A DNA stretch of 64,000 bases from assembly GCA_030390025.1 (NCBI GenBank), contig CM059431.1, positions 137,146,001 through 137,210,000 of the forward strand. Direction: 5' to 3'. The notes under the pieces are model-generated. The model was not told the origin of the DNA, did not search any database, and saw nothing but the letters and a program-made list of their open reading frames with translations. The position numbers were made by a program, and so were the translations under genes. Shown in pieces: positions 33,708 through 46,795 of the stretch. Every line of letters begins with the position of its first letter. Position 1 is the first letter of the stretch. Source of the DNA: Squalus acanthias. Taxonomy: Eukaryota.

Positions 33708-35455
33708 TTACTATTGTACTCCAACCCGCTTGTGATAAAGTCTAACATGCCATTCGCCTTCCTAATTGCTTGCTGTTCCTGCATGCTAAATTTGTTTCCT
33801 GTACGAGAACACCTAAATCTCCCGGAACACCAACATTTAATATTTTTTCACAATTTGAAAGAGGTTCTGTTTTTCTATTCTTCCTAACAAAGTGAATAAC
33901 CTCACATTTCCCCAAATTATATTCCATCTGTCTCCTTATTGCCCACACACTTAACATGCCCATATCCCTTTGCAACCTCTGTGTGTCCTCCTCATAGCTT
34001 ACTTTCCCACCTAGCTTTATACCGTCAGCAATCTTGGTTACATTGCACTCTGTCCCTTCATCTAATTCATTAATATAAATTGTAAATAGCAGAGGACCAA
34101 GCACTGATCCTTGTGGCACCCCAATAGTTACAGCCTGCCCAGCTCAAAATGACCTGTGTATCCCTACTCTCTGTTTTCTGTGCGCTAACCAATCCCCTAT
34201 CGATGCTAATAGAGTCACAACGGCACAGAAGGAGGCCATTCGGCCCTTCGAGTCTGTGCCGGCTCTCTGTAGAGCAATCCAGTCAGTACCTTTCCCCCGC
34301 TCTATCCCCGTAGCCCTGCAAGTTTATTTCCCTCAAATGCCTATCTTGTCTCCACTTGAAAATATTGAGTGTCTCCGCTTCTACGAATTCCGTTGGCAGT
34401 GAGTTCCAGGCCCTCACCACTCGCTGCGTAAAAAAGTTTTTCGTCACATCCCCACTGCATCGCTTGCCCAAAACCTTAAATCTGTGCACTATTCGTTTTA
34501 CCATCCACTAAAAGCAACAGCCTTTCCCCGTCTAGCATATCCAAACCCGCCAAAATCTTGTACACCTCTATTAAATCATCCCTCAACCTCCTTTGTTCTA
34601 ATGAAAACAAATCCAGCTTCTCCAACCTGTTCTTGTAGATAATATAATACCCTCAACCCTATGAGCCCATAACTTGCGTAGCAACTTTTTATGTGGCACT
34701 TTAACAATTGCCTTTTGGAAATCTAAATATATTACATACACTGGTTCCCCTTTATCTACCCAGCTAGTTGCATCCTCAAAAAACACTAATAAATTGGTTA
34801 AGCATGATTTCCCTTTCATAAAAACATGTTGACTCTGCCTGATCATATTATGATTTTCTAAGTACCCTCTTACCACTCTCTTCATAATGGATTCCAGCAT
34901 TTTCCTGACGTCGGGCTCACTGGCCTGTAGTTCCCTGCTTTCTCTCTGCCCCCTTTCTTGAATATCGGGGTAACATTTTCTACCTTCCAATCTGCTGGAA
35001 CTGTTCCAGAATCTAGGGAATTTTGGAAGATCACAACCAATGCATCCATTATCTCTACAGCCACCTCTTTTAGAACCCCAGGATGTAGGCCATCAGGTCC
35101 AGGGGATTTGTTGGCTTTTCGGCCCATTCGTTTCTCAAGTACTTGTTTTCTCTACTGATATTAATTACTTTAAGTTACTTTCTCTCATTAGACCCTTGGT
35201 TCCCTGCTATTTTTGGTATGCTTTTTGTGTCTTCTACTGTGAAGACAGATACAAAATATTTGTTTAAATTCTCTGCCATTTCCTTATTTGCCATTATAAC
35301 GTCTCCAGTCTCAGGCTCTAAGGGACCAATGCTTACATTTGTTACTCACTTCATGTTTACATACTTTTAGAAGATCCTGCACTTCTTTATGTTTCTTGCT
35401 ACTATACACTCATTCTATTTTCTCCCTTTTTATCAATTTTTGGTCATCCTTTGCT
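33708..35455 (-). mobile_element. Older CR1 ORF2 fragments with another CR1 3' end nested at about 34210-34630
   Basis: PQGSVLGPLLF..IADGIK, YLDFQKA and SPGPDGLHP pieces; continues the stub at 30715-30775. Confidence 0.85.
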
Positions 35456-38400
35456 GGTTAACAGAATTAAACTTCCAAATGCAATTTCACACACTGAAGG
35501 TCTGCTTCTGTAATAGCATTCAAGTACATTTATCGTTTATTACACGCTTAGGAACAAACAGTTCGAGGTTGTTACCATCAGAAACTTGGAAACATACAAC
35601 AAAGAAGGAGAACAATCGGCTCAACGTGTCTGTACCTTTCTTTGCTCTTTGAAAGCAATCCAATGTGTTTCACTCCCCTGCTTTGTCTAATTTTCTCCCC
35701 TTTGTGTATTTACCAAATTCAGTTTTAAAAGTTATTTATTATTGACTCTGCTCCCACCACTCTTTCAGACATTGCATTCCAGATCATAATAACGCGATGC
35801 ATAAAAACAATCTGCTCATCTCACCTCTGGCTCTTTTGTCAATTACTTTAAATCTGTGTCCTCTATTTAACGACCCTTCTGTCGGAGGATAGATGCTCCT
35901 TATTTAGTCTATCGAAACACCTTCATGATTTTGAACACCTCTATTAAATCTCCCCTTAACATTTTCTGCTCTAAAGAGAACAATTCCAGCTCCTCTAGTA
36001 TCTCCATGTAGCTGAAGTCCCTCATCTCTGTTACCATTCTAGTAAATCTCCTCTCCACCCTCTCCAAGGCCTTGAAAGCATTCCTAAAGCTTGGTGCCAA
36101 GAATTAGACACAATGCTCCAGCTGAGGCATAGCCAGTGTTTGATGATGGCTGAGCATAATTTTGTTGCGTTTGTACTCTACGGACAAAACTCTGGCAGGT
36201 GGAATTTAATGTATGGTAATTCACTTTGGACCTAAAAAGAGAGATCAGAGTATTTTCTAAATAGTGAGAAGCTAGGAACTGTGGATGGGCAGAGAGAATT
36301 AGAGGTCCAAGTATAGAAATTATTAGAAGCTAGTGGAAAAGTACAAAATAAGTAAAACGGCTAAGGGAATGTTAGGCTTTATCTCAGGAGGGCTGGAATA
36401 CAAAAGTAATGATACACCTGTGCAGAGCTCTGGTTCGAACCGATTTAGAGTTCAATGATGTTCTGGGCACCGCACCTCAGAAAGGATATCTTGGATTTGG
36501 AGCTGATGCAGCTCAGAGTTAAAAGTTAAATTATGAAGACTGATTGCATAGACAAAGCTAGAATTCCCTTGCATATAAACTAATAAGGTAGTCTAATTGA
36601 GGTATTTCAGATAATCTAAGTAATTGATAATATAAAAAAAGATAAACTGTTTCTTCGAGTGGAGGAGTCCAGAACGAAGGGGCACAACCTTTAAAGTAGA
36701 GCTGGGCCGTTCAGTGGTGATGTTAGGTAGCATTTCTTCAAACAAAGGGTAGTGGAATTCTGGAACACTCGCCCTCAACAGCTGTTGAGACTGGGGGTCA
36801 ATTGAAAATTTTAAAACTGAGTTTGATAGATTTTTGTCAGACAAGGGTACTTAGGGTTATGGAACAATGTCGGGTAATGACGTTAGGATAAAGATCAGCC
36901 ATGATTGAATTGAATAGCGGAAAAGGCTCGAGCCAATTAATAGCCTACTGTTCCTCCATTCCTATATTCCTATGTCTCTATTTATAAAGCCAGTGATCCC
37001 ATATGCTTTTCTAAAAGCCTTATGAACTTGCCCTGCCACCTTCAAAGATTTCTGTATGTATACCTACATGTTTGTCTGTTCGTGCACCACCTCTTCTCTT
37101 GAACTATTTATTTTATAATGCATCTCCTCATTCTTTCTTGCAAAATGCATCACTTCACATTCCTCTGCATTTAATTTTACCTACCATGTGTCTGCCCATT
37201 TCACCAGACTGGCTACATCCTCCTGACGACTTCTATTATCCTCCTCAGGGTTTCCGACTTTTCCGAGTTTTGTATCATCTGCAAACTTTGAAATTGTGCC
37301 CTGTATATCTAAGTCCAGGTCATAAGTGCTTTGCTCGTAATACGACCCCTGGGGATACCACTGTACACTTCCCTCTAGTCTGCAAAACCTCGGTTCACCA
37401 CAACTTTCAGCTTTCTGTCCCTTCGCGAATTTAGTATCCACGCTAACATTGCACCTTTAATGTCGTTGTCTTCAATTTTGCCAACAAGTCTATTATGAGG
37501 TACATTGTTAAAAGTCTTCTAAAATTCCATATACACAGCATCAACTGTACAACCTTCAACAGTCCGCTCCCTAATTTCATCAAAGAAATTAAACAAGTCA
37601 GACTCGATTTGCCTTTACCCAATCTGTTCTGGGTGTCGTTTGTTAACCCATGTTCTTCCAAGTGACAAGTAATTTTGTCTCTGGCTATTGTCTCAATGAG
37701 CTGTCTCTAGAACTTTCCTCAACACTGGTGTTAGACTGATTCGCCTGTAGTTAATTGGTTTATTGCAATCCCCATTTTTTAAAGACTGGGGGTGACATTT
37801 GCAAATCTTCAGTCCTCTGTCACCACTCCCTTATCCAAGAAGGATTGAAAGATTGTGGCCAGAGCCTTACTTCTCTCAGCAACCCAGGATACATCCGATC
37901 CAGACCACTGACTTTTCCACTTTGAGCGCTGTCAACTGTTTTAGTACATCATCTTCGGCTATTTATATCCTGTCCAATTTCAATATCACCTTCTGCTTTA
38001 CTGTAACATTGGCAGCATCCTCTTCTTTATTGACGGCAGATGCAAAATACTTTTTTAGTACCTGAGCCATTCCCACTGCATCCACAAGAAGATTGCCCTT
38101 TGGTCCTTAATCGTTGCACCTTTCCTTTGATTGTCCTTTTAGGCTTTATATGTTTTAGAAAGATTTTAGTGTTACTTATTGTATTACCACTAATCTTTGC
38201 TCACACCTTTTCCTTGTACCTCTTAGTTCCTTTTTCATTTCTCCTCTGTACTTTCTGTATTCAGCTCGATTCCCTACTGTGCTGTTGTTACTGTCGTGTG
38301 TTTATTATACCAGTGTCTGCATGTGTGAAACAGCAGAAAACTGAATTTTATAAGGTCTCAAACTTGGTTATAATTTAATGCCGGTGAATAATTTCAACTA

Positions 38401-38575
38401 CAATTTGGGGAAATTACTGATCTGAGACTGAATCGCTTTTACATTTCCACAGTGGGGAAAGGAAAGGACGCTGACTGAGAGTTTGATTGGACGCACGTGC
38501 GAGGGCCCACACACACAAGTGAAGAATTATAATTGTAAAACAGCCATCATATCAAACCAGTTATGTATTTAAGGC
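35455..38575. repeat. Segmental duplication block B, copy 1 (paralogue of 46685-49650), containing a minus-strand CR1 with a nested plus-strand CR1 at about 36180-36975
   Basis: Same nested LINE junctions and same unique flanks (e.g. AATCGC.TTTACATTTCCACAGTGGGGAAAGGAAAGG) in both copies. Confidence 0.85.
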
Positions 38576-38714
38576 GTTTACGGAGATTATAAGAACCCTA
38601 AAGATATTCCAAACAAATATCTGCTTAAAGTTACACAACTGATAACATTGCACATTAGTTTAATATTAGTGGAACAGTGGTGAATGTCCTCACCTCCTTC
38701 AGTGCTCATTGGTC

Positions 38715-39340
38715 AGGTGCCAATGGTTTTATTCGTAGAGGAATAGAGATTAAAAGCAAGGAAGATATGTTAAACTGTTATAAAAGACTGGTTAGGCCTC
38801 AGCTGGAGTATTGTTTTCAATTCTGGGCACCGCACGCTAGGAAGGATATCAAGGCCTTGGAAATGTTGCATTAGAGATTTGAGAGAATTGTACCAAGGAT
38901 GAGGGAATTCAGTTATGGGGAGAGACTGGAGAAGCTGTTTTGTTCTATTTAGAGCAGAGATAGTTAAGAGGAGATTTCATAGAGGTGTTCAAAGTCATGA
39001 ATGGTTTTCATGAGTAAATAAGGAGAGTTTGTTTCCATTGACAGTAGGTTCGGTAACCAGAGGTCACAGATTTAAAGTTAGTAGCAAAATAACCACAGGC
39101 GACATGAGGAAACATTCTGTTACACGGCGAGTTGTTGTGATCTGGAATGCATTGCCCGAATGGGTGGTGGAAGCAGGTTCTGTTGTAACATTGAAAAGAG
39201 AATTGGAGGCAAAACATTTACAGGGCTATGAGGAAACAAGGAACAGTGGTAATAATGGGATAGCTCTTCCAAAGAGCGGGAACAGGCATGACGGGCGGAA
39301 TGACCTCCTTCTGTGCTGTATCATATTATGATTCTATGAT
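38715..39340 (+). mobile_element. CR1 3' fragment
   Basis: RLVRPQLEYCFQFWAP; tail ATTATGATTCTATGAT. Confidence 0.85.
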
Positions 39341-39663
39341 GCAGCCTCGCCTCGTCAATGGAGGTGCATGATGTGCCGATCTCAGCACAGAGATTTGAAT
39401 CCACCGCCATTTGCTAGACCCTGACTTTGAACCTGTCAAATCTGACATTGAAACAATCAAATCTGCCTCTGGTGCTACAGTAATCGGTTACTCTGCACCA
39501 GAAGCAGCATCATCGGTTCAATATTAGCCTACGAGAGGGATAGAAGGCTAAAAGTTAACCCTTTGCTGGAGATTTGCTATCTGCGGTCGGAGTGCTAGGA
39601 CAGTAAGCACACGAGGATCAGGTTTATGGGATGGACAATGGAGGCCATGACATGGAAAAGGAT

Positions 39664-40598
39664 AAATGTGAGAAGTCGCACAACACCAGGTTATAGTCCA
39701 ACAGCTTTATTTGAAATCACAAGCTTTCGGAGCGCTGCTCCTTCGTCAGGTGAAGTGAAGAGATGTATATAGGCACAGCATATATAGTCAGAGAACACTG
39801 CCAGATGATTACAGTTAATCTTTCCAACTGCCCTTTACCACACCTCGGCAGAGAGATAATCACGGCAATCACAGGTGTGGATGGTGTCCAAACAGGTCAG
39901 TCAGGAAATCGGCGAGACCATGCAGACACTGCGACAACATATGAACGGACACCGTGCAACACTCGCCAGGCAGGAGTGTTCCCTCCCAGTCGGGGAACAC
40001 TTCAGCATTCAAGGACATTCAGCCTCCGATGTTCGGGTAAGCGTTCTCCAAGGCGGCCTTCGAGGCACACGACAACGCAAAATCGTCGAGCAGAAACTGA
40101 TAGCCAAGTTCCGCACTCATGAGGACGGCCTCAACCGGGATCTTGGGTTCATGTCACGCTACATGTAACCCCATCTGACGTAGAGTCTACCAGACTCGAG
40201 TCGTCGTTGGCTTGTTCTCTCTACAGAGATGCGACCGGACCTGCTGTGATTTCCAGCAATAAAAGTTTTTAGTTTTCCATACAGATCCCAGCATCTGCCA
40301 TATTGTCATGGATGTAATGTTTTCCTGACTGACCTGTTTGGACACCATCCACACCTTTGATTGCCGTGATTATCTCTCTTCCGAGGTGTGATAAAGGGCA
40401 GTTGGAAAGATTAACTGTAATCATCTGGCAGTGTTCTCTGACTATATATGCTGTGCCTATATGCATCTCTTCACTTCACCTGACGAAGGAGCAGCGCTCC
40501 GAAAGCTTGTGATTTCAAAAAAATCTGTTGGACTATAACCTGGTGTTGTGCGACTTCTCACATTTTTCCACCCCAGTCCAATACCGGCATCTCCACAG
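39664..40598 (+). mobile_element. 5'-truncated Penelope-like element with inverted pLTR arms, GIY-YIG endonuclease C-terminus and 13-bp TSD CATGGAAAAGGAT
   Basis: Arms 39664-39908 and 40321-40565 are near-perfect inverted repeats. 39909-40168 encodes IGETMQTLRQHMNGH..VGEHF..EQKLIAKFRTHEDGLNRDLG. TSD copies at 39651-39663 and 40599-40611. Confidence 0.92.
40476..40512 (+). ncRNA. Minimal hammerhead ribozyme motif in the Penelope pLTR (mirror copy on the minus strand at 39717-39753)
   Basis: TCAC-CTGACGA-A-GGAGC(AGC)GCTCC-GAAA-GCTT-GTGA: core boxes, stem II, palindromic helix III (AAGCTT) and stem I TCAC/GTGA. Confidence 0.65.
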
Positions 40599-41484
40599 CA
40601 TGGAAAAGGATGCCAGATGAGACCATATCGAATGCTGTGGAAAGGTGAATGATGGACAAGGAAGGGTTGCACACCATGGTCACAATCACGGTGGTTGCAG
40701 TTTGTGACTTTGTTCGGGGCAGATTAGAATTAAATAGAAACTGCAGCAGAGAAACAGCCCATTCTGCCCAAGTGGTCTATGCTGTGTTTATACTGCACGG
40801 GGACCTCCTCCACTCTAATTACATCTTGACACCGTGTCCACACATACGTTCGAGGGCGATAGACTAGTGACACCAATATTAAATAACATTCAGAATGCCG
40901 GAGATCCAATCCTCCTGGAAAGAATTGAGTGAGTTTACCGCACTCCCCTCACTTCTTCAGAAAAAAATACCGACACTGATAATGAAGCAATTCCTTAATA
41001 ATTATAATGTGCTTTGTGACCCCCGTGACCAGAAACCCTGCTATAATTATTCACCTTACAATGAAGAACAGCAGATATGCCTGTAGCTTTAGAGTATTGT
41101 GTGCAGTATCGCGCTCCAGGCTTTAGGGAGGATATTGAGCCTCGAGAGAGTGATCGAAACAGATTCACCAGGAAGCTGCCAATAGCTGAAAACAAGTACA
41201 AACAACTACTTGGAATGAGGCCTTTTTTTATTGGAACAACACATATTATGGAGCGATATGATAGATGTGTTTAAAATTATGTGCGGATGGGACAGGGTAG
41301 ATAGACGCAGGCTGTTTTCAGCAGTTGAGCTAACACGTTCCGAGGAGCCAATGAATTTAATGTTCAGTTTCCCAGGCCCACAATGAATTGGATCCGGTAT
41401 GAAACATTTAATCGAAACAGGAAATGAAAAGGAGACATTTCAGCTCTGTGTATGAATGTTGACCGGTCAACGATGCTGAACTTT

Positions 41485-42620
41485 CACTTGTTTACCGCAC
41501 ACATTTACTGATTCAGTTCCAGTAAGTGAAAGCCGGTGCCTGACACTCATGGGTGTGAACATCCTTATCAAGACCCAGACTGTTACTCATTAACTGGAGA
41601 CTGGCTTCCGGATTTTAACACCATTGTTCTATGGTTAATAAATGACCTTCGTTGGAAAATAACCTGTACAGGTGAGGGGAATTGTAGAAATCTAGGGTAT
41701 CCAGATCAGATTAACATTATAAAAGTTCTAACACCGAGATCAATAGAGCTGTGAGCCGAATGTAATTAATTCCCGCAGAGTTAGAATCAGGACAAAGAAA
41801 CAGCTAAAGATCGAAAGGTCAGATAATTCCAAAGAATTGTGCTGTGTTAACACAAAGAGCTCAGTGTGCCCTTCCCTCTGGTGTTTGATCCCAATAAACT
41901 AACAGCGATGTTTGTCCCTGGCGATCTATGCCCTTTCATAGTCCGATAATAAACACGTTTTATGGTGAGCAATATAATCGAATTGATATCACGGATATGA
42001 ATCGGGATACAGAACGCGGTTTCCGTGCGGGATCTTCTGAACCGCAGATGGAAGAGATGGGGGAAATGAAGTTATTTTTACCAAACAAATGATTAATTAC
42101 TTTGGGTAAAAGATCAATAATTCATCAGAACAATTCAAACAGAATGAGACCGTGTGTGATTGAGTCCGAGCCCTGCACCAGAGAACAGGGCGGGGTGGGA
42201 TTATACTGATCAGACTGAAGGTCGGGTTTAGGACTGTGCTGTGTAACTGATCTTTACCCAGGCTGTGTTCATTAAACTGTGTAACCCACAATGCTGACTT
42301 ACCCGGACTCTGGAACCAGAATAAGGGAACGCAGCACAAGGTATGGACCCGGAATATACTGAGCACCATTATAGTGTTTAATTGTAGCAGAACTGACCCA
42401 GTGCCATTTACTAGTGGAGTAGTTCAATCAGTGAAAAGTTGATATATCAACATTGGATCAGGTAAGAAATCATTGTTTTATGTTTTAGAAATTGCAGCAG
42501 CGACATTTAACAGAATACATCTTCCAAATGTAACCTCACACATTAACATTCTGCTGTTGGAAATATTATTGAAATAGATTTCTAGTTTATGACACGCTTT
42601 TGAATAAACAGTTTGAGATC
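41485..42620. repeat. Segmental duplication block A, copy 1 (paralogue of 45195-46795), with GC box and splice donor AAG|GTATGG at 42340
   Basis: Collinear unique sequence in both copies, e.g. CGAGCCCTGCACCAGAG..CAGGGCGGGG.GGGATT.TACTGATCAG.CTGAAGG. Confidence 0.85.
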
Positions 42621-42929
42621 GAGACATTTCAACATAAAACACAGCCCCGAACCTTCACTGAAATCCAATATATCCAGCCATGGAAGGTTTCCTCTTTGAC
42701 CCACATTGACTCCAGGATGCTGGGACTCATTGGGGCCAAACCGAGGCAAATGCTGCCTTGTTATCGAGGCGAGTTACGGTCCCTCTAGTGATGAGTTCAT
42801 CCGTCACTTTGCTGATCATTGTGGGCTGGCTGGTAGGGAGGTAATTGGCCTGATTCGTTCTGTCCTTAATTTTGCGGATAGGACATTGCTGGTCTTCCAA
42901 ATCATATCCCTAAGGAGGTAAAATTTCAC

Positions 42930-44035
42930 GTGTACAGTCAAACAACCATGGTCTACATGTGCGGTAAGAAGCAGTATAAAGTTAAAGGAAGTGGCTCACA
43001 AAAATGTCAAGAAAAGCGGCAATCCAGAGCCTTGAAAAGGGATTACTGGATACCTTGCAAGTAATATAAAAGCTAACAGTAACAATTCATGTAAATATGT
43101 TAAGATTTAGAAAGTGGCTGAGGGAGATGTGGCCCATTACAGACAAACACAGATGATACGGTAAAATCTAACAAGGTAACAGCAGATTTATTTAATGAAA
43201 AATTTGTCAGTTGTGACAGTAGATGAAAAGGACAAAATAACAGCGAGAGAAGGTAAAATAAAAATAAATCAAGGAGAGGAATTTACTGCGCTCATAATAG
43301 TAAAAATGTTGCTGTAGAAAATAGTGGAAGTTTGGAAAGATAAATCTCTCCCACCTGATGATTTCCACCCAATGTTATTGAAATAAGTCGGGTGGAAATT
43401 GCGAAGCGTTAGTTAGAATCCTTCAAAGCTTTCTTGATTCGGGAATTATGCTGTTAGACTGGAAATTGCTATCAATAGTGCACTTTTTAAGATGGGTGTG
43501 ATAGAAATTTAACTCCATGCATGTCAGTTTAACGTCGGTTGAAGAGAAGCTACTAGAATCGGTCATTAAGGATCGAGTGACTGAGCATTTGAGCAAAATG
43601 AGCTGATCAGAGAACCAGCATGGCTTTATTAAAGGCCTGTCATGTCTGACTAATCTAGCGGAATATTTTGAGGAGATCACTTATAAGGAAGGCAAATGAG
43701 TGCCTGTGTATGTTATCTATGTGGACTTCCAGAAGACATTCGATAAGGTTCTACACAAAAGATAATTTGCATAAATGAGAGCGCAGGGAAAAAGAGGCAG
43801 CCTTTTAACTTGGTTTAGAAATTGTTATGGAGTTAGGAGAAAGAGTGGGGATCAATGGCATGCACTCACATTGACAGGTTGCAAAAGCCTGGCTTTAATG
43901 TGCTTGAGTATAGAAGTTTGAGGGGAGATTTGACCGAGGTGTTTAAAATGTTAAAAAGTTTCGAGATGGTAGATAGAGAAAAACTATTTCCACTGATCTG
44001 GGAATTAAGAACATGGGGAGAGAGTAGAACTTTAG
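42930..44035 (+). mobile_element. Heavily decayed CR1 ORF2 fragments
   Basis: CAGCATGGCTTTATTAAAGG..TCATGTCTGACTAATC and GGACTTCCAGAAGACATTCGATAAGG; LRGDLTEVFKML. Confidence 0.75.
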
Positions 44036-44269
44036 AATGAGGCCCTAACCTAGTGAAACTACAACAAAGACAAAGTACCACAAGGGTACTTTTAAACACG
44101 GAGATGTGTGATCAAACAAATAAAATATTGAAGAGGAACATTATCCAGCTGGTTAATGCTGGTTCATTATTGTGGGACCATTCTCGAGTCTGTAACAACA
44201 TTCGGTGCAGAGAATATGGAATGGGTATTGGATTATGCATTACTTCAAATAGCTTTTACATATTAAAGT

Positions 44270-44455
44270 TAAATACCGCAGATCCTGGAAATCTGAAATA
44301 GAAACACAACAGTTGGAAATGCTCAGCCGGTAAGGCAGCAGCTGTGGAGAGAGAACGTTTCAATTTCCGCCGAAAGGTTACCGGCCTGAAACGTTGAATC
44401 TTACTCTCTCCACAGATGCGGCCTGACCTGCTGAGTATTTCCAGCATTTTCAACT
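44270..44455. mobile_element. Palindromic Penelope-pLTR-derived (MER6-like) element
   Basis: GTTGGAAATGCTCAGCCGGTAAGGCAGCAGCTGTGGAGAGAG is inverted with CTCTCTCCACAGATGCGGCCTGACCTGCTGAGTATTTCCAGC. Confidence 0.7.
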
Positions 44456-45194
44456 CTTATACATTGTTTGTGGTGGATGGGAAATTAGACAGGCAGCAGA
44501 GGAGGGAAGCAGGGAGGGTAATCAGACATGGTGCAGGTGGACAGTGAAGGAGAGGGAGAGTCAGATATAGAGCAGGAGGGCAAACGGGTGTGGGAAGATC
44601 GGCACGGAGCAGGAGGAAAGAAAGGACAATGAAAAACTTAGTATTGCAGCAGGTGGGGAGGAATAAAGGGGTAGCGGGAGATAGTTAGAGGTGGAGGAAG
44701 GCTTTAGAGCAGGAGGCAGTTACAGATGCCAGGGGACATTCAGGCATGGAGCAGGTGGGATGGAGCATCTGGGGAAAGGAAGTTACTGCAGAATCAGACA
44801 AAGAACTGCTGGGAATGGAAACAGGGGGAGAAGCAGGGAGGGAAGAGGGAGGGAAGAAAACATTAAAGACCAGGCACGGCACCGGTGGGGGAAGCAGACA
44901 AGTAAAAGGCAGAGCTTTCAGACACGGAGCAGGGAGAGCTGTAAACAGACTGGGAGCGGCAGCACAGAGAGGCAGGAAGGAGATTCAGAAACGAAGCATT
45001 CGCAACAGACAGCCTGAAATTTTAATATTTCTATTAAATACAAGAGCTAATTAGCAAATTAATTAAATTTTCAGTGTTTCCCAGTATCATAACAAAAATA
45101 ATCCGCCGCCAAACTTTTGAAGGAAAGATTAAAAGAAAATGTGAAATTATATCACGACCACTAAAAGTTAACAGGCTGATGAACCAGAAATATC

Positions 45195-46795
45195 ACGTGT
45201 TTACCGCCCACATTGGCTGATTCAGTTCCAGTTACTGAAACTCGGGGCTGGATTTTCAATGAATCGGGGAGTCGGGTTTGGAGGCGTGTGGGTGGTTAAA
45301 GTTGCAAATTCGGGGGTCCCGATCGCATCCCGACTCCATTCCGCCTCCACGCAATTTTGACAAAATCGGTCGCGGGGTTCCCGACTCCGTCCCGCCTCCA
45401 AGAGGCGGGAGAGGCCATTAAATCCCTTAACAAGCCCTAAATTGGCTCTGTAATGCCATTTTGAAACGTTTTAGCTAGTTTAATCCTTTTCCGACGTGAA
45501 GTACGCCTGATGTGAAACACGCCAGTGAAACCTGGCGGGAGCGCAAGTGAATAGCTGACTATCAGCTGCAGGTCCACTATTACAACGGAGATGTGATGAA
45601 GGTTGTAGTAGTATTGTGATGAAGGTAGTAGTAGTATTAGGTCTGAAAGTCGCCTCTGATGCTGCTGCATTGAATGTCTTCAGACACTGCCTAGGAGGAC
45701 TTGGTTGCAAAAAAAATTATCTCTCTCTCTCTCTCTCTGAGATGCTGCTCATTTTGCATCCAGGTCCTCTTACAGCAAAGGCCAGGCAATCTCTGGGACC
45801 AGGCAGTCTCTGACCTGCAATGTTGACATCATCAGAGGCGACTTTCAGACTGAAACCACTAATTGGTTCATGGGTTCCCACATGCTGGAACTCAATTGCC
45901 CAATTAAGTGAAAATTGCATCAATCTCCCACATCCAATTGCAGGCAGGAGGATAAAACGACCCCAACCCGCCCCCAGTATCAAAATCCAGCCCTCGGAGC
46001 CTGAGAGTCGTGGGGGTGAAGATCCTGATCAAGGCCCATACTGTTACTCATTAACTAGAGGCTGGTTGTTAGAGATTTTAATCAGCGATCTTTGTCCCTT
46101 GTCATCTCTGCCCTTCTCTGGTCCGATAATAAAGACGTTTTATGGTGAATAATGAAATCTAATTGAGGATCTGAAACTGATTCCCGCTCCAGAACACGGT
46201 TTCACTGCGAGGTCTTCTGAACCACAAATGGAAGAGCTGTGGGGAAATGTAGTCATTGTGACCACACAGAGGATTAATGACTTTGGTTACAAGATCAGTA
46301 ATTTATCAGAACAATTCAAACTGAATGAGACCGTGTGTGATTCTGATCGAGCCCTGCACCAGAGCACAGGGCGGGGAGGGATTGTACTGATCAGGCTGAA
46401 GGTGGTATTTATAACTGTGAGGTGTAACTGATCTTTACCCAGGGTGTGTTCATTAACCTGCAGAACACACAACGCTAACTTACTCAGATTCTCTGGAACC
46501 AGAATCAGGAGCCGCAGGACAAGGTAAGGACCCAGAATATACTGAGTAAAATTATTGTGTTTTAATGTAGTGAAATCGCCGTTTATTTCTGCAGTAGTTC
46601 AAAGATAGAGACAAGTTAACATAACAATAATGGACAGGTAACAACGGATGTATTTTCAGAAAATAATTTACTGGGAGTTGTTTGATTTAACAGAATAAAA
46701 CTTCCAATGTAATTTCACACGTTAAAATTCTGCTGCTGTAAATAATATTCAAATACATTTATCATGTAAAACACGCTCAGGAACAAAGAGTCAGA
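45195..46795. repeat. Segmental duplication block A, copy 2, with splice donor AAG|GTAAGG at about 46523
   Basis: Collinear with 41485-42620 apart from a MITE insertion and an internal deletion. Confidence 0.85.
45245..45993. mobile_element. Non-autonomous DNA transposon (MITE), PIF/Harbinger-like
   Basis: TIRs GGGCTGGATTTT / AAAATCCAGCCC and 3-bp TSD TCG; absent from the paralogous site at about 41533. Confidence 0.8.
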
